Positions 48,303 through 58,928 are shown, counted from the stretch's first letter. The stretch is DNA of 64,000 bases from an uncultured Gemmatimonadales bacterium (GCA_963798085.1 CAWCRS010000008.1:384001-448000), one strand, 5' to 3'. A program made the numbers and translations. The notes: generated by a model from the letters alone, not told the origin.

Positions 48303-49544
48303 GTGAGCGAAGCAGCGCGCTACGGGCTGTTCGAGCGCTACGGCGTCGAACTCGAGTATATGATCGCGGACCGCGACACGCTCGCGGTGCGTCCCATTGC
48401 CGACCGGCTGCTGGTCGACGGGCAGGGCCAGCCGCAGTCAGAGATCGCGCAGGGTGCGCTGGCCTGGTCCAACGAGCTGGTGCTGCACGTGCTGGAACTG
48501 AAGACGGCGGAGCCGGCCGCGTCGCTGCACGGACTGGCGGACACCTTCCAGGCCAGTGTGGGCCATGCTAACGCGCTGTTGGAGGAACAGGACGCCTGCC
48601 TGCTGCCCACGGGCATGCACCCGCGCATGGACCCGGCCCTGGAGATGCGGCTCTGGCCGCACGAGTACGGCGAGGTGTACGAGACGTTCGACCGCATCTT
48701 CAACTGCAGCGGTCACGGCTGGGCCAACCTGCAGGCGGCGCACCTGAACCTGCCCTTCGCCGGTGCTGATGAGTTCCGGCGCCTGCACGCCGCTGTCCGC
48801 GTGGTACTGCCGCTGCTGCCCGCGCTGGCCGCCAGCTCGCCCATCATGGAAGGCCGCGTCACGCGTCTGCTGGACACCCGGCTGGAAGTCTGCCGCCACA
48901 ACGCCGACCGTGTGCCCTCTGTAAGCGGACTGTTAGTGCCGGAGCCGGCGCGCAGCGAAGGCGAGTATCAGGACACCATCCTGCGCCGCATCTACCGTGA
49001 TCTGGCGCCCCTCGATCCGGGCGGCGTGCTGCAGGAGGAATGGGTCAACGCGCGCGGCGCCATCGCGCGCTTCACGCGCGGCACCATCGAGGTGCGCGTG
49101 CTGGACGTGCAGGAGTGCCCCCTGGCCGACCTGGCCATCGCCGCCGCCATCACGGCCGTGGTGCGGCGACTGGCGGAGGAAGCCACGGCGCCGGTGCGGG
49201 CCATGGACAGCATGTCCACAGAGCAGCTCGCCGCCATCCTCGACGCCACCATCGAAGCAGGCGACGATGCCCGTCTCAATGCGCGTCCCTACCTCGACCT
49301 CTTCGGCTGGCCCCGCGGCTCCTGCAGCGCACGCGACCTGTGGAGCTTCCTGATCGAACAGGGCCTCGACGACGGCCCCGACCGCGCCCGCTGGGAGCAC
49401 GCGCTCGAACACATCCTCTCGCAAGGCTGCCTCGCCCGCCGCATCCTGCGCGTCATCGGGCCGGTCGTGGACGCAGACCGGATTGATCGGGCGTGGCGCG
49501 AGCTTGCGGATTGTCTGGAGCAGGGAGCGCAGCTGGCGACTTGA
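48303..49544 (+). CDS. Glutamate--cysteine ligase-like carboxylate-amine ligase (GCS2 family)
   Basis: GVELEYMI, SNELVLHVLELK, GMHP, HLNLP, NARGAIARF, IEVRVLDVQE. Confidence 0.88.
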   Translation: MSEAARYGLFERYGVELEYMIADRDTLAVRPIADRLLVDGQGQPQSEIAQGALAWSNELVLHVLELKTAEPAASLHGLADTFQASVGHANALLEEQDACLLPTGMHPRMDPALEMRLWPHEYGEVYETFDRIFNCSGHGWANLQAAHLNLPFAGADEFRRLHAAVRVVLPLLPALAASSPIMEGRVTRLLDTRLEVCRHNADRVPSVSGLLVPEPARSEGEYQDTILRRIYRDLAPLDPGGVLQEEWVNARGAIARFTRGTIEVRVLDVQECPLADLAIAAAITAVVRRLAEEATAPVRAMDSMSTEQLAAILDATIEAGDDARLNARPYLDLFGWPRGSCSARDLWSFLIEQGLDDGPDRARWEHALEHILSQGCLARRILRVIGPVVDADRIDRAWRELADCLEQGAQLAT

Positions 49545-49707
49545 ACGGCGGGCTGGTTGCGTCGGAGCAGTCGGCTCGCGTCAGCGTAGCCGGACTTGCC
49601 CGCCGGGTCGTACTCGACGAGCCCGGCAACATCGCAGTTCCATCCACTTCCCGCCAACCTGGGCGTAAGACGGACAATACAAACACGGTCACCCGGATGG
49701 AGGTTGC

Positions 49708-50370
49708 ATGTCAGACTCGTTTGAGACAGATCTGCGAATCCGTGCGCTCGAACGGCAACTTCAGTGGCATCGGCGAGTCGGTGGCGTAGCGGCGATCGTC
49801 GGAGCAATGCTGGCCTGGGCAGCGTTCCAGGCACCTGAACAGAGAGCGCGATTCACAGAAGTCAATGTGGAGCGGCTGAACGTTGTCGAGCCTGACGGCC
49901 AGCCGGTTCTCTCCATGGCGAATACAGCCAGGCTGCCCGCCCCGCTTCATGACGGCAAGACGGTGGCGACAGATCGAACCGGGCCCGGGATGATCTTCTT
50001 CAATGGGAAGGGGGAAGAAGTAGGCGGCCTGATTTATGGCGCCCGTCAGACCGCCGACGGATACGCTGCCGGCGCGCACTTGTCGTTCGATCAATTCCGT
50101 AGCGATCAGGTCGTGTATCTGGACTATCAGGACAATGGTACTACGCTCAAGGCAGCGGGGCTTTACGTCGTGGACCGCGACCGCAACGATCCATTGCGTA
50201 TTCCCAGCGCGCAACGGATCTTTGTCGGCTCCGTAAACGAGACGGCCATGGTTCGTCTGCGCGATCGTGGCGGCAAGGATCGCATTCGTTTGTCGGTGAG
50301 TCCTGAGGGCGTCGCAAGCCTGGAGTTCCTTGATGCGAACGGCAGGGTGGTTGATCGCCTTCCGAAGTAG
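49708..50370 (+). CDS. Membrane-anchored hypothetical protein
   Basis: GGAGG RBS; coiled coil, TM, VERLNVVEPDG, LRDRGGKDRIRL, LEFLDANG. Confidence 0.75.
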   Translation: MSDSFETDLRIRALERQLQWHRRVGGVAAIVGAMLAWAAFQAPEQRARFTEVNVERLNVVEPDGQPVLSMANTARLPAPLHDGKTVATDRTGPGMIFFNGKGEEVGGLIYGARQTADGYAAGAHLSFDQFRSDQVVYLDYQDNGTTLKAAGLYVVDRDRNDPLRIPSAQRIFVGSVNETAMVRLRDRGGKDRIRLSVSPEGVASLEFLDANGRVVDRLPK

Positions 50371-50386
50371 CCCCCACTGGCAGCAT

Positions 50387-51466
50387 TTGAATCCATTCGA
50401 TCTGACTCCGCGCGGTACCCGTCGGCCGCGGTGTCGCTGCGGAGCGGCCGCGGGTAAGGCTCTACGGGTCATCTCTCTGGGCCTGCTCGGTTCGCTCCTG
50501 GCCGCGCCCCGGGCTGGCTCGCAGAACGTGACATGGCCCGCGCCGCGGGCGCGGCATCACATGGTCTACGATCCGGGAACCCATCAGGTGCTGCTGTTCG
50601 GCGGGGCACGGCGCATGCCGGACGGGACTGGCCGCGACAGCACGCTGTGGAGCTGGAACGGCTCCAGCTGGTCATCGCAAACGACGGCACTTGCCGAGCC
50701 CGCGAATGACGCGGCGGCCTATGATCCGGAACGCAATCGGCTCGTCATGCATGGGGGCTCCGGGCTGGGTGCCGGTGTTGAGCTCGACGAAACGCTGGAA
50801 TGGGATCACCATGCATGGCAACTCATCCGTTCCGCCGGTCCAGGCGCGCGGGCGCATCACGCCATGGTTTACGATGCCGTGCGTAAGCAGATCGTGTTAT
50901 TCGGCTCCAGTGATGACACGCCAGACACCGATACGTGGGGTTGGGACGGCCATGCCTGGAAGAAGCTCGCAAGCGATGGGCCGCCTGCGCGGGGTGTGTA
51001 TGGCGTTGCGTTCGACACGCAACGCGGGGTGACGGTCATCTTCGGCGGCTGCTGTGCCCGGGGCGTCGGGCTTCTTGGCGACACGTGGGAATGGGATGGC
51101 CAGCGCTGGACACACATCCTCACGCCGAACGCACCTTCGCCGCGCTTCGATACGAACATGGCGTATGATCCTTTGCGCAGGCGCGTGGTGCTGTTCGGTG
51201 GACGAAGTGGCAATACCAATGTCGGCGACACGTGGGAGTACGACGGACGGGCATGGACGAAGCTCAATGTCGCCGGACCATCGCCCCGTAACGGCCACGC
51301 GCTGGTCTACGACCCCGACGCGAAGGCCATCCTCCTGTTCGGGGGCCGCAATGAGCCCACGTATTTCAACGACTTCTGGGCTTTCGACGGGGCCTGGAGG
51401 CAGATCCCGGAACGTCGAGCGGCACAGTCGCATCACGACCCGACCCTGACGATCGTTGAACCCTGA
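50387..51466 (+). CDS. Exported Kelch-repeat beta-propeller protein; start uncertain
   Basis: About six repeats of R..HAMVYD...VLFGG...DTWEWDG..W. Confidence 0.85.
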   Translation: MNPFDLTPRGTRRPRCRCGAAAGKALRVISLGLLGSLLAAPRAGSQNVTWPAPRARHHMVYDPGTHQVLLFGGARRMPDGTGRDSTLWSWNGSSWSSQTTALAEPANDAAAYDPERNRLVMHGGSGLGAGVELDETLEWDHHAWQLIRSAGPGARAHHAMVYDAVRKQIVLFGSSDDTPDTDTWGWDGHAWKKLASDGPPARGVYGVAFDTQRGVTVIFGGCCARGVGLLGDTWEWDGQRWTHILTPNAPSPRFDTNMAYDPLRRRVVLFGGRSGNTNVGDTWEYDGRAWTKLNVAGPSPRNGHALVYDPDAKAILLFGGRNEPTYFNDFWAFDGAWRQIPERRAAQSHHDPTLTIVEP

Positions 51467-51582
51467 CGAACGATCCGCGGTCGGCTGCGGCGCTCAGTGA
51501 ACCCATCAGCGGTCAGGCGTCATGACTTCCGCGTTCTGCAGAACAGAACGCTTCTAACAGAATATTACAGAAGGCCGGTGCG

Positions 51583-53082
51583 CTACGCCGCTCCGGGCGG
51601 TCCGAACCAGGTGGTCAGCGCGTCAGCGAGCCCCAGCCGGGTTCCTTCTCCCACCCAGGCCACATATCCGTCGGGCCGAATCAAGACGGCGCCCGGAGGC
51701 GTGACCGCCCCGAGTACCGGAAGCTCCCACAGGCCAGTGTATTCGGCGTCGATGAGTCCAACCCGATCTGCCCATGGACGGATGTCGAAGCTGCCGGGCT
51801 CACCGAAGTTGAGCAGCACAGGCCGCGCATCGTGCAGCAGCGTGAAGACTCGCAGCGCGCCGTTCGTGGTGACCAGGTCGAGATCGGGCATGCGCCGCCC
51901 GAGCAGCGGGTGTCCCTCGCCCAGGTCGTAATGAATGTCGAGACCCGACATCATCGCGGCGACCCGCTTGCGAGGCTCGTCCATGCCGAGCAGCTCGGAG
52001 ATGATATCGCGCAAGGCGTTGGTGCGATCATCGGTGCGGAGCAGCGCGACTTGCGCCATCGTATCGCGCAGCACGCGGGCCGCAATGGGATGCCGCTCGG
52101 CATGGTACGTATCGAGCAAGCTTTCTGGCGACGTCTTCCTGACGACCTGGGCCAGCTTCCAGCCCAGATTCACGGCATCCTGCACACCGATGTTGAGGCC
52201 CTGTCCGCCCACCGGGTAATGCACGTGCGCGGCGTCGCCGGCCAGCAGCACCCGACCCTTGCGGTAGGACGCCGCCTGCCGAGCCATGTCGGTGAAGCGC
52301 GAAATCCAGGCGGGCCTGTGAATCCCGAAGTCGGTCCCGTAGGCGGCGATCAGGGCCTCGCTCAGATCGCGCAGCGTGGGTTCGTCGGTGCGGCCGACGT
52401 GCGCTTCGGTCACCATGACGCGTACTGGCCCGCCATCCTTGAAGACCACCACGCCGTCGCGGATCTCGTACTCCAGCTTGCCGAGCGAATGGATGCCGGT
52501 GGCGTCGCGACGGACGCCCAGTTCCGGCTTCTCCGTCATCTCGACCTCCGCGATCACGTTGCTGATCGTCGCATCCCACCCGGGGAACTCGATGCCGGCG
52601 GCCTTGCGGATCAGACTGCGTCCGCCATCACAGCCGACGAGATACTCCGCTCGCAGTGAGGCGCCATCGGCCAGCTCTACGTCGACGCCGGTGTCGTCCT
52701 GCGCGAAACCCGTCACTTCGCGTCCGCAATGAATCGGCACCGCGAGTTCGCCGACCCAGTCGGCGAGTATGCGCTCGATGCGGTTCTGCCACAGCCCGAG
52801 GCCGTAGGCGTGGCGCGTGGGAAAGTCGCTGATGTCCAGACGGATCCAGCCGAACCCCGCGACCTGGGCCACCTGCCCCTGCGCGAGGAAGCGATCCGCG
52901 ATGCCGCGTTGATCGAGGACCTCGATCGTGCGTGCGTGCAGACCGCCTGCGCGCCCCCCGGGGAGGTCCTGACTCTCGCGTCGCTCGACAATCGCCACGT
53001 CGACGCCTGCCAGCGCCAATTCGCCCGCCAGCATCAGCCCTGTCGGACCTCCACCGGCGATCACCACGGCATGCCCGGTCAT
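51583..53082 (-). CDS. FAD-dependent monooxygenase, rifampicin monooxygenase (Rox)-related family
   Basis: GGGPTG, VGCDGGRS, GTDFG...SRF, LAGDAAHVHYPVGGQGLN, RPDGYVAW. Confidence 0.88.
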   Translation of the reverse strand: MTGHAVVIAGGGPTGLMLAGELALAGVDVAIVERRESQDLPGGRAGGLHARTIEVLDQRGIADRFLAQGQVAQVAGFGWIRLDISDFPTRHAYGLGLWQNRIERILADWVGELAVPIHCGREVTGFAQDDTGVDVELADGASLRAEYLVGCDGGRSLIRKAAGIEFPGWDATISNVIAEVEMTEKPELGVRRDATGIHSLGKLEYEIRDGVVVFKDGGPVRVMVTEAHVGRTDEPTLRDLSEALIAAYGTDFGIHRPAWISRFTDMARQAASYRKGRVLLAGDAAHVHYPVGGQGLNIGVQDAVNLGWKLAQVVRKTSPESLLDTYHAERHPIAARVLRDTMAQVALLRTDDRTNALRDIISELLGMDEPRKRVAAMMSGLDIHYDLGEGHPLLGRRMPDLDLVTTNGALRVFTLLHDARPVLLNFGEPGSFDIRPWADRVGLIDAEYTGLWELPVLGAVTPPGAVLIRPDGYVAWVGEGTRLGLADALTTWFGPPGAA

Positions 53083-53480
53083 CGCCAGACTCCGGTCGGC
53101 ATCACGCTGGTCGGGATCGGCGCATCCCATTTCTCGTCAGCCGCGGCGACGGTGTCGAACCCGCACCCGTACGCCGGCCACAATACACGCATTGTGCGCC
53201 TCCTGTCCCGCACGTTCTGCATTTCTCCGGCCGGCAATCATGCCGGACGACCCGGGCTTGATACAAGCCCCCCGGTACCCACTACATTGGGGTGGAGCGG
53301 CAGGTACTTTCGCTGGTGCTCGGGCACCGGCGCGGATTTCGGCTAACACGTCATTTCAGGCTGGGGCCCCGAGCTGGCGAACCGCTGGGCGGCGGATTCG
53401 GCGTGGCGCTACGGCGTGTCGTGGGGTTGATCGCGTTCCTGCAGCCGGGTTGGCTTCCGGGCTGAACCCGCGTGCTTTGC

Positions 53481-54138
53481 TCAGGGCGGGTTCTTGCGTT
53501 TCGCGATAGCGAGAACGATCGGGGATTCGGCATAGTCCCTTCCGCCCGGCCCGGTGCCGGTCGGTACGCTCCCGAAACGCATGATCGTCCCATTGCGGAG
53601 GACACACATCGTGCGGGCGGTGCTCGCCGCGACCCATTGCACGTGGGTCAGTCCACGAACCGGCGCCGGCATCCCGCCCGGATGCCCCACTTCGCCCACC
53701 CTCGTGTCTCCCCACGAGACGACCGTGCCGGCCGAAGTGATCGCGACAATGTGCTCGGATCCCATGGCGAGCCGGGTGATCCCTTCGACGTCCCAACTCG
53801 CCCCGGAAGTTCGCACCCCAGGCGAGCACCTGCCCACCTCTGCTAAGCGCATACGTCGAATTGCCGGAGCACGCCATGGCGGCGATGTCACGCAGAGCCG
53901 GGATCTCGAACGCGGTGTACGCGGGCACCGGGTCCCTTGCGCCAAGGCCGAATCGACCACTGAGGCTCCTGCTGAGCGCCCATGCCTTGACCGTGCCGTC
54001 CGCTTCGATCAGGTAAGTGCTCTCCCCTGCCGTGATCAGCTGACCGCCGGGCGCCGCCCGCGCACGGCTCCGCAGCACCAGCGGCATGAGTCCCAGCACC
54101 GCCAGCGCCTCGCGCCTGCTGAGAACCGATCGGCTCAT
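53481..54138 (-). pseudogene. Disrupted RCC1-repeat protein with Tat-like signal
   Basis: SRREAL signal; TYALSRGGQVLAWGANFRGELG in one frame, HIVAITSAGTVVSWGDTRVGEVG in another; too few blades for a full propeller. Confidence 0.6.
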
Positions 54139-54812
54139 GGCTGCATCAGCAGACGTCGAAATGGGATTGGGATCCGGCGGCAAGCCCTCCACAGCGGCCG
54201 GCACCGCCTGCAGAGCGGTCCTGCAACGGGGCCTGGCCGCATCATGGATTACCGTGAAATATGCGCCGGTTGCCGGGAGAGAGACAGTCTGACTGTTAGC
54301 AGCAAGGCGGCCCGAGCGCGCTTCCAGCGCATCGCCTGCATGCGGTCGAGGCGGGTGGCACCAGTCGCCTGCCGCGGCGCGTGGCCCCGCCCCGCGATTC
54401 GCCGCGCGGGGGTCATCGACAGCCCTGCTCCTTCGTTGACGACTCCATCACGCCCGACGTCGGGCCAGCCGGCAGCTCCCGGCTCGCGCGTCGACAGGAA
54501 TGCCCTTTGTCCCTAACCGAGCGTTAGAGCGGTGCGGTCCGGACGCGCATCGGGTGACTCCTCGGAACACCCGCATGAAGAGCAGGAGGAGCCGGGTCGG
54601 GAAGTTCGCCCAGAGTGGCCGCGGGATCACCTGCGCGCCATAGTTCTGCGCAGACTGGCGGGCGCGGGATCGTGGCGGGTGGGCTGACGCGTGGCCGCGT
54701 TGTCGTGAGCCGCCGCGACTGGCGCAAACCGCCCGCCGAGCGTTTCTTGGATGCATCAGGGTCGAACTGGTTCGACGCCACCCAGCAGCACAGCAGCCAC
54801 GCGGAGCCTGCA

Positions 54813-56225
54813 ATGCATTTGCGCGTCCGGTCATTCAGCGTTCTCATCGCCGCACTGATCGCTTCGCCCCTCAGCGCCCGGCAGCTCACGTCCGCGGAGC
54901 AGGCGCGTGTGGACAGCGCCGCCGAGGCCGTGCTCGCGGGCACGGGTGCGCCGAGCGCGTCCATCGCCATCGTGCGTAACGGCCGGATCGTGTACGAGCA
55001 CGCCTGGGGGCGCGGCCGGGTTGATCCCGACGTGCCGGCCACGACGGCAATGCGCTACGCGATCGGGTCCAACAGCAAGCAATTCTGCGCCGCCGCCATC
55101 CTCATGCTGGCCGAGCAGCACAAGCTGTCACTCGACGACCCCGTGTCGCGGTGGTTTCCGCGGCTCACCCGCGCCAACGACATCACCATCCGCGAGCTGC
55201 TGTCGATGACGTCCGGCTACCAGGACTTCTGGCCCCAGGACTACGTGATGACGGTGGACCCCGACATGCGCAAACCGGTGAGCGCGGACGACGTGATGCG
55301 ACGCTGGGCGATGATCCCGCTGGACTTCGAGCCCGGGACCCAGTGGCAGTACAGCAACACGAACTACGTGATCGCGGCAGCCATCGTAGAGAAGGTCAGC
55401 GGCATGAAGTTCATGGATTTCCTGCGGCAGCACATCATCACGCCGCTGCACATGACGTCGGTCGCCGACTTCGACGCGGGATGGATGAACGCGCAGGACG
55501 CGCAGCCGCTGCTGCGCAATGGTCTGGGCTCGCTGCGGCCGGCGCCCGACGGCGGCCCCGGGTGGATGTGGGGCGCCGGCGAGCTGGCGATGACGGCGCA
55601 TGACCTGGCGTTGTGGGACATCGCCATGATCCGGCAGTCGCTGATGCAGCCGGCGTCATACCGCGCACAGCAGACCGACATGCTGCTGACGAATGGCCTC
55701 GCCACGGGCTACGGTCTGGGAATCAACGTCGGCCGGTTCAACGGGCATCGCATGCTCTCGCACGGCGGTGCGGTCTCGGGCTACACCTCGCGCAACACGG
55801 TCTTCCCCGACGACTCGGCGGCAATCGTGGTACTGACGAACATCTATCCAGGCGCCGCCGGCGCGCCCGACCAGATCGCGGGCCGCATCGCCAGCATCAT
55901 CCTGCCCCAGGCGGATACGGCGGAGTCCGCGGCGCTTGCGCAGGTGCGTGCCATCTACACCGGGCTGATGCGCGGGACCGTGGACCGGTCGCTGTTCACG
56001 CCGAACTGCAGCGCCTACTTCGACGCGACCACGCTCCGGGACTACGCGGCGAGCCTCGGCCCGCTCGGCGAGCCCACGGAGATCACGCCGAGCGGCTACT
56101 CGCTGCGCGGCGGTATGGCGATCCGCTCCTATCGCATCCGGGCGGGCAATGTGGTCATGGGACTGACCACAATGACGATGCCGGACGGAAAGATCGAGCA
56201 GTACATCGTGTCGCGCGCCGGGTAG
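54813..56225 (+). CDS. Exported serine hydrolase, beta-lactamase/AmpC-like family
   Basis: Signal peptide, SNSK (SxxK), LLSMTSG, QYSNTNY, HGGAVSG. Confidence 0.9.
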   Translation: MHLRVRSFSVLIAALIASPLSARQLTSAEQARVDSAAEAVLAGTGAPSASIAIVRNGRIVYEHAWGRGRVDPDVPATTAMRYAIGSNSKQFCAAAILMLAEQHKLSLDDPVSRWFPRLTRANDITIRELLSMTSGYQDFWPQDYVMTVDPDMRKPVSADDVMRRWAMIPLDFEPGTQWQYSNTNYVIAAAIVEKVSGMKFMDFLRQHIITPLHMTSVADFDAGWMNAQDAQPLLRNGLGSLRPAPDGGPGWMWGAGELAMTAHDLALWDIAMIRQSLMQPASYRAQQTDMLLTNGLATGYGLGINVGRFNGHRMLSHGGAVSGYTSRNTVFPDDSAAIVVLTNIYPGAAGAPDQIAGRIASIILPQADTAESAALAQVRAIYTGLMRGTVDRSLFTPNCSAYFDATTLRDYAASLGPLGEPTEITPSGYSLRGGMAIRSYRIRAGNVVMGLTTMTMPDGKIEQYIVSRAG

Positions 56226-56337
56226 CGCCGCGTGACGGGACTGGCGCGCTGGACTTCGAGTCGAGTTGCGCGTTCCCAGCTCGAGCCCGAGAAACGATTC
56301 TCGAGAGGCCCGCGCACTCCGCAAGGGAGCGTGAACG

Positions 56338-58203
56338 CTATTCCTGCTCAGCCCGGCCGAGGATGCGAAAGCGGAGATTGAGCAGGCCCCGGCGGTAGCG
56401 GGTGCCCTCGCGGAACGGCTGGGGATCGCGCAGATGGAAGACGAGCGTCTTCGTGCGTGTGCGCTCGCCAAGGGACAGCACGCCGCCTGCTGCGGTCTCG
56501 AAGTAGAACTCCCCACCGGAAGCAGCGCGGCCATCGGCGTTGGCGACACTCACAGCGCCCAGTTCGGACTGGAGACTGCTCAGCTGCAGTGCGAACGGGC
56601 CCACCAGCGGTGCTTTCGACGCACTCAGCAGGCGGGTGCGCACGGTGATGGTGCGGCTGGCGCGATCGTACTGCGCGTCGAAGCTCTCCAGCGTGACGCG
56701 GCTTGTGATGTCGATGAGCGGGCTTCCCAACCCTGTGTTATAAGGCGAAGCGGGCGGTGCGTCCGCCATGGCGCGCACCAGGCGAACCGGGGCGGTCCAG
56801 ACCTGCGGGATGCCGCTGGAATTGTCGACCCAGACGGGATGGAACGTGCCCGCGGCATCAGCCACCAGGCCGGCGGTGTCGCCACCGAGGAACGTGAAGG
56901 TGTTGAGCGCCACTTCGAGCGTCCCCGCCTGGCCGGCCGGCTGGGCGGTGCGTGTCTCGAGGATCCAGCGATCGTCCGCGCCGAAGGTGGTGCCATGCTG
57001 CGAAACGGCCACGCTGGGCTGGAAGGTGTCGCCACCATCGAACGATGCGGCGAAGCGCACGTCCCAGCCCAGATCATCCGCGCGGTCGCGCCGGTCGTAC
57101 CAGCTCAGGCCCACCACGCCATCGCGGTTCACGTCAATGGCGGGCATGAAATCGTCGGCTGCACTCTGTACCGGTGCATCACGCACCGCGTGCGGTGCCG
57201 ACCAGGTGCGCCCGCGGTCCCGCGACACGCTCATGCGGATCGACGTGTGACCATCCTTGTACTCGGGCCAGACCACATACAGCCGGTCGCGATACGCACT
57301 GCTCGAAGGGTCCACCGCCAGCACGGGCAGGTTGCTGGTGTTGTTGTGCCCGCCCTTGCGACCGGAGACGAGAGCCACCGGCGCAATGTCGACCGGTGCC
57401 TCGAAGCTGGCGCCTCCGTCGCGTGAGACCGCAATGCGCAGCAGCGCGTGCATGGCGTCGTCACCGGGAGCGGCACCGGTGCGCTCCACAATGGCGCTGA
57501 ACAGCGCGACCACGGTGCCGTCAGAGAGTAATACCGTGTTACCCATGACGGGTGTGGCGGGCAGGCGCGGCACGCGGGAATCGACGAAGGTGCTGCCGCC
57601 ATCGGTCGAGTAGAAGCCCGCGAGGCTGCCCGCGCCCGGGCCGACGCGGCCATTGCCGACCACATAGACGCGTCCCCGGCGCGCGCCCGCTGACTGATCG
57701 ACGGCGATGTACTCGCGATCTGAATAGGTGAAGGGCAGCGGCCCGGTCCAGCTGTCGCCGCCATCGGCCGAGCGGTAGAGCAGCATGCGCCGGTCGGCGG
57801 CCACGGAGCCGGGCGCGAGGAGCGAGGCGACGAAGTACGCTTCACCATCCGGCCCGTACGCGACGGCTGGATCGCCGCTGAAGCTGCCCGCGAATGCCGC
57901 GGGCGGGGTCTCGAGCGTCGGCGTCCAGGTGTCGCCGCCATCATGCGAAACGTATGCAATGGAGCCGCTGGCACCGGGTGCGCCGCCGGGCTGGAACATC
58001 GAGCCCACCAGCAGGCGGGAGGCGTCTGTGGGATGCGCGGCCACCAGTACTTCGTAATGCGCATCGCCGCCGCGCGCGCGGCTCACGAGCACGTTCGGTC
58101 CCACGCTGACACGCCAGTTCGCGGCTGTTCCCTGTGCCGCGAGCGGGAGCGCGCACCGTAGCAGGAGCGCGGCGGTCAGAACGCCGGTGTCATGTTTTTT
58201 CAC
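56338..58203 (-). CDS. Exported BNR/Asp-box repeat (sialidase-like) protein
   Basis: SHDGGDTW, SADGGDSW, STDGGSTF, SRDGGASF, SRDRGRTW, SFDGGDTF. Confidence 0.82.
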   Translation of the reverse strand: MKKHDTGVLTAALLLRCALPLAAQGTAANWRVSVGPNVLVSRARGGDAHYEVLVAAHPTDASRLLVGSMFQPGGAPGASGSIAYVSHDGGDTWTPTLETPPAAFAGSFSGDPAVAYGPDGEAYFVASLLAPGSVAADRRMLLYRSADGGDSWTGPLPFTYSDREYIAVDQSAGARRGRVYVVGNGRVGPGAGSLAGFYSTDGGSTFVDSRVPRLPATPVMGNTVLLSDGTVVALFSAIVERTGAAPGDDAMHALLRIAVSRDGGASFEAPVDIAPVALVSGRKGGHNNTSNLPVLAVDPSSSAYRDRLYVVWPEYKDGHTSIRMSVSRDRGRTWSAPHAVRDAPVQSAADDFMPAIDVNRDGVVGLSWYDRRDRADDLGWDVRFAASFDGGDTFQPSVAVSQHGTTFGADDRWILETRTAQPAGQAGTLEVALNTFTFLGGDTAGLVADAAGTFHPVWVDNSSGIPQVWTAPVRLVRAMADAPPASPYNTGLGSPLIDITSRVTLESFDAQYDRASRTITVRTRLLSASKAPLVGPFALQLSSLQSELGAVSVANADGRAASGGEFYFETAAGGVLSLGERTRTKTLVFHLRDPQPFREGTRYRRGLLNLRFRILGRAEQE

Positions 58204-58289
58204 GCAAACTTTCCGGTTGAGGCGGCCCGCGGGGATCGAGGCAAGATGGCTGCGCACCCCGGCCGCGGCCAATGGTCAAGGCATGGCTA

Positions 58290-58557
58290 TCGGACCGTCT
58301 TGGCATCCTTGGGTTTTGCTCCATGCCCCCATGATCGCGTCCCAGATGCACAGATGTGCCCCGCTTTCATGCTGTGCTGAGCCTCGTGGATAGTGGTTCC
58401 GGCCGAAACCCAAGAACGCCAGGACGGTCCGAACACAGGTTGGACTGAGCCGCGGGGATAGCCGTTCCCGCCAAGTCCCAGGAACGCCAGGACGGTCCGA
58501 ACACAGGTTGGCCTGAGCCGCGGGGATCGCGGTTCCGGTCGCGGCCAGGAATGCCGC
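58290..58557. repeat. 68-bp tandem repeat (~2.7 copies) plus an inverted partial copy
   Basis: Units start CTGAGCC at 58377, 58445, 58513; core GAACGCCAGGACGGTCCGAACACAGGTTGG; inverted match at 58290-58318. Confidence 0.8.
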
Positions 58558-58737
58558 ACCAGACCGCATACGTCGGAGAGGGGCAGCCCGTGCGCACGTG
58601 TCCGGCGCGGGGAACGGTCGTCCCGCATGCGGTCGGCGACGGTCCCGGCGGCCCAGCGCGCATGGCCCTGCAAGCGCCAATGCAGCTTGCGCTTCAGGCC
58701 TGTGCTGCGGCGCGGTACGGCACTTGTTGGTGAGCGT

Positions 58738-58785
58738 TCTGGCTCTGGCGCTCTGGCGCTCTGGTGCTCCGGTGCTCCGGTGCTC
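58738..58785. repeat. 8-bp short tandem repeat
   Basis: TCTGGCGC/TCTGGTGC/TCCGGTGC, 5-6 copies. Confidence 0.7.
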
Positions 58786-58928
58786 ACCGCCACCTTGATC
58801 ATCACGATCACCGTGGTGCGGCGCTCGGTGCGCGAGGACCCTGACCCGCAGCACTCATGACCGGGAATGGTGCCGCAGCTGAGCGTCGCGACCGGCGGCC
58901 GAACGCGTTGAACCACGGGAGATGGACC

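Noticed and set aside
54200..54800. Short ORFs between the RCC1 remnant and the serine hydrolase
   Set aside because: No recognisable motif or RBS; possibly gene debris but unsupported
54813..56225. Bona fide beta-lactamase resistance gene
   Set aside because: Generic SxxK serine hydrolase with HGG and a C-terminal extension; more likely a peptidase or esterase
58377..58557. Possible mini CRISPR array
   Set aside because: Under three units, the 'spacers' are homologous to each other, and no cas genes are in the window
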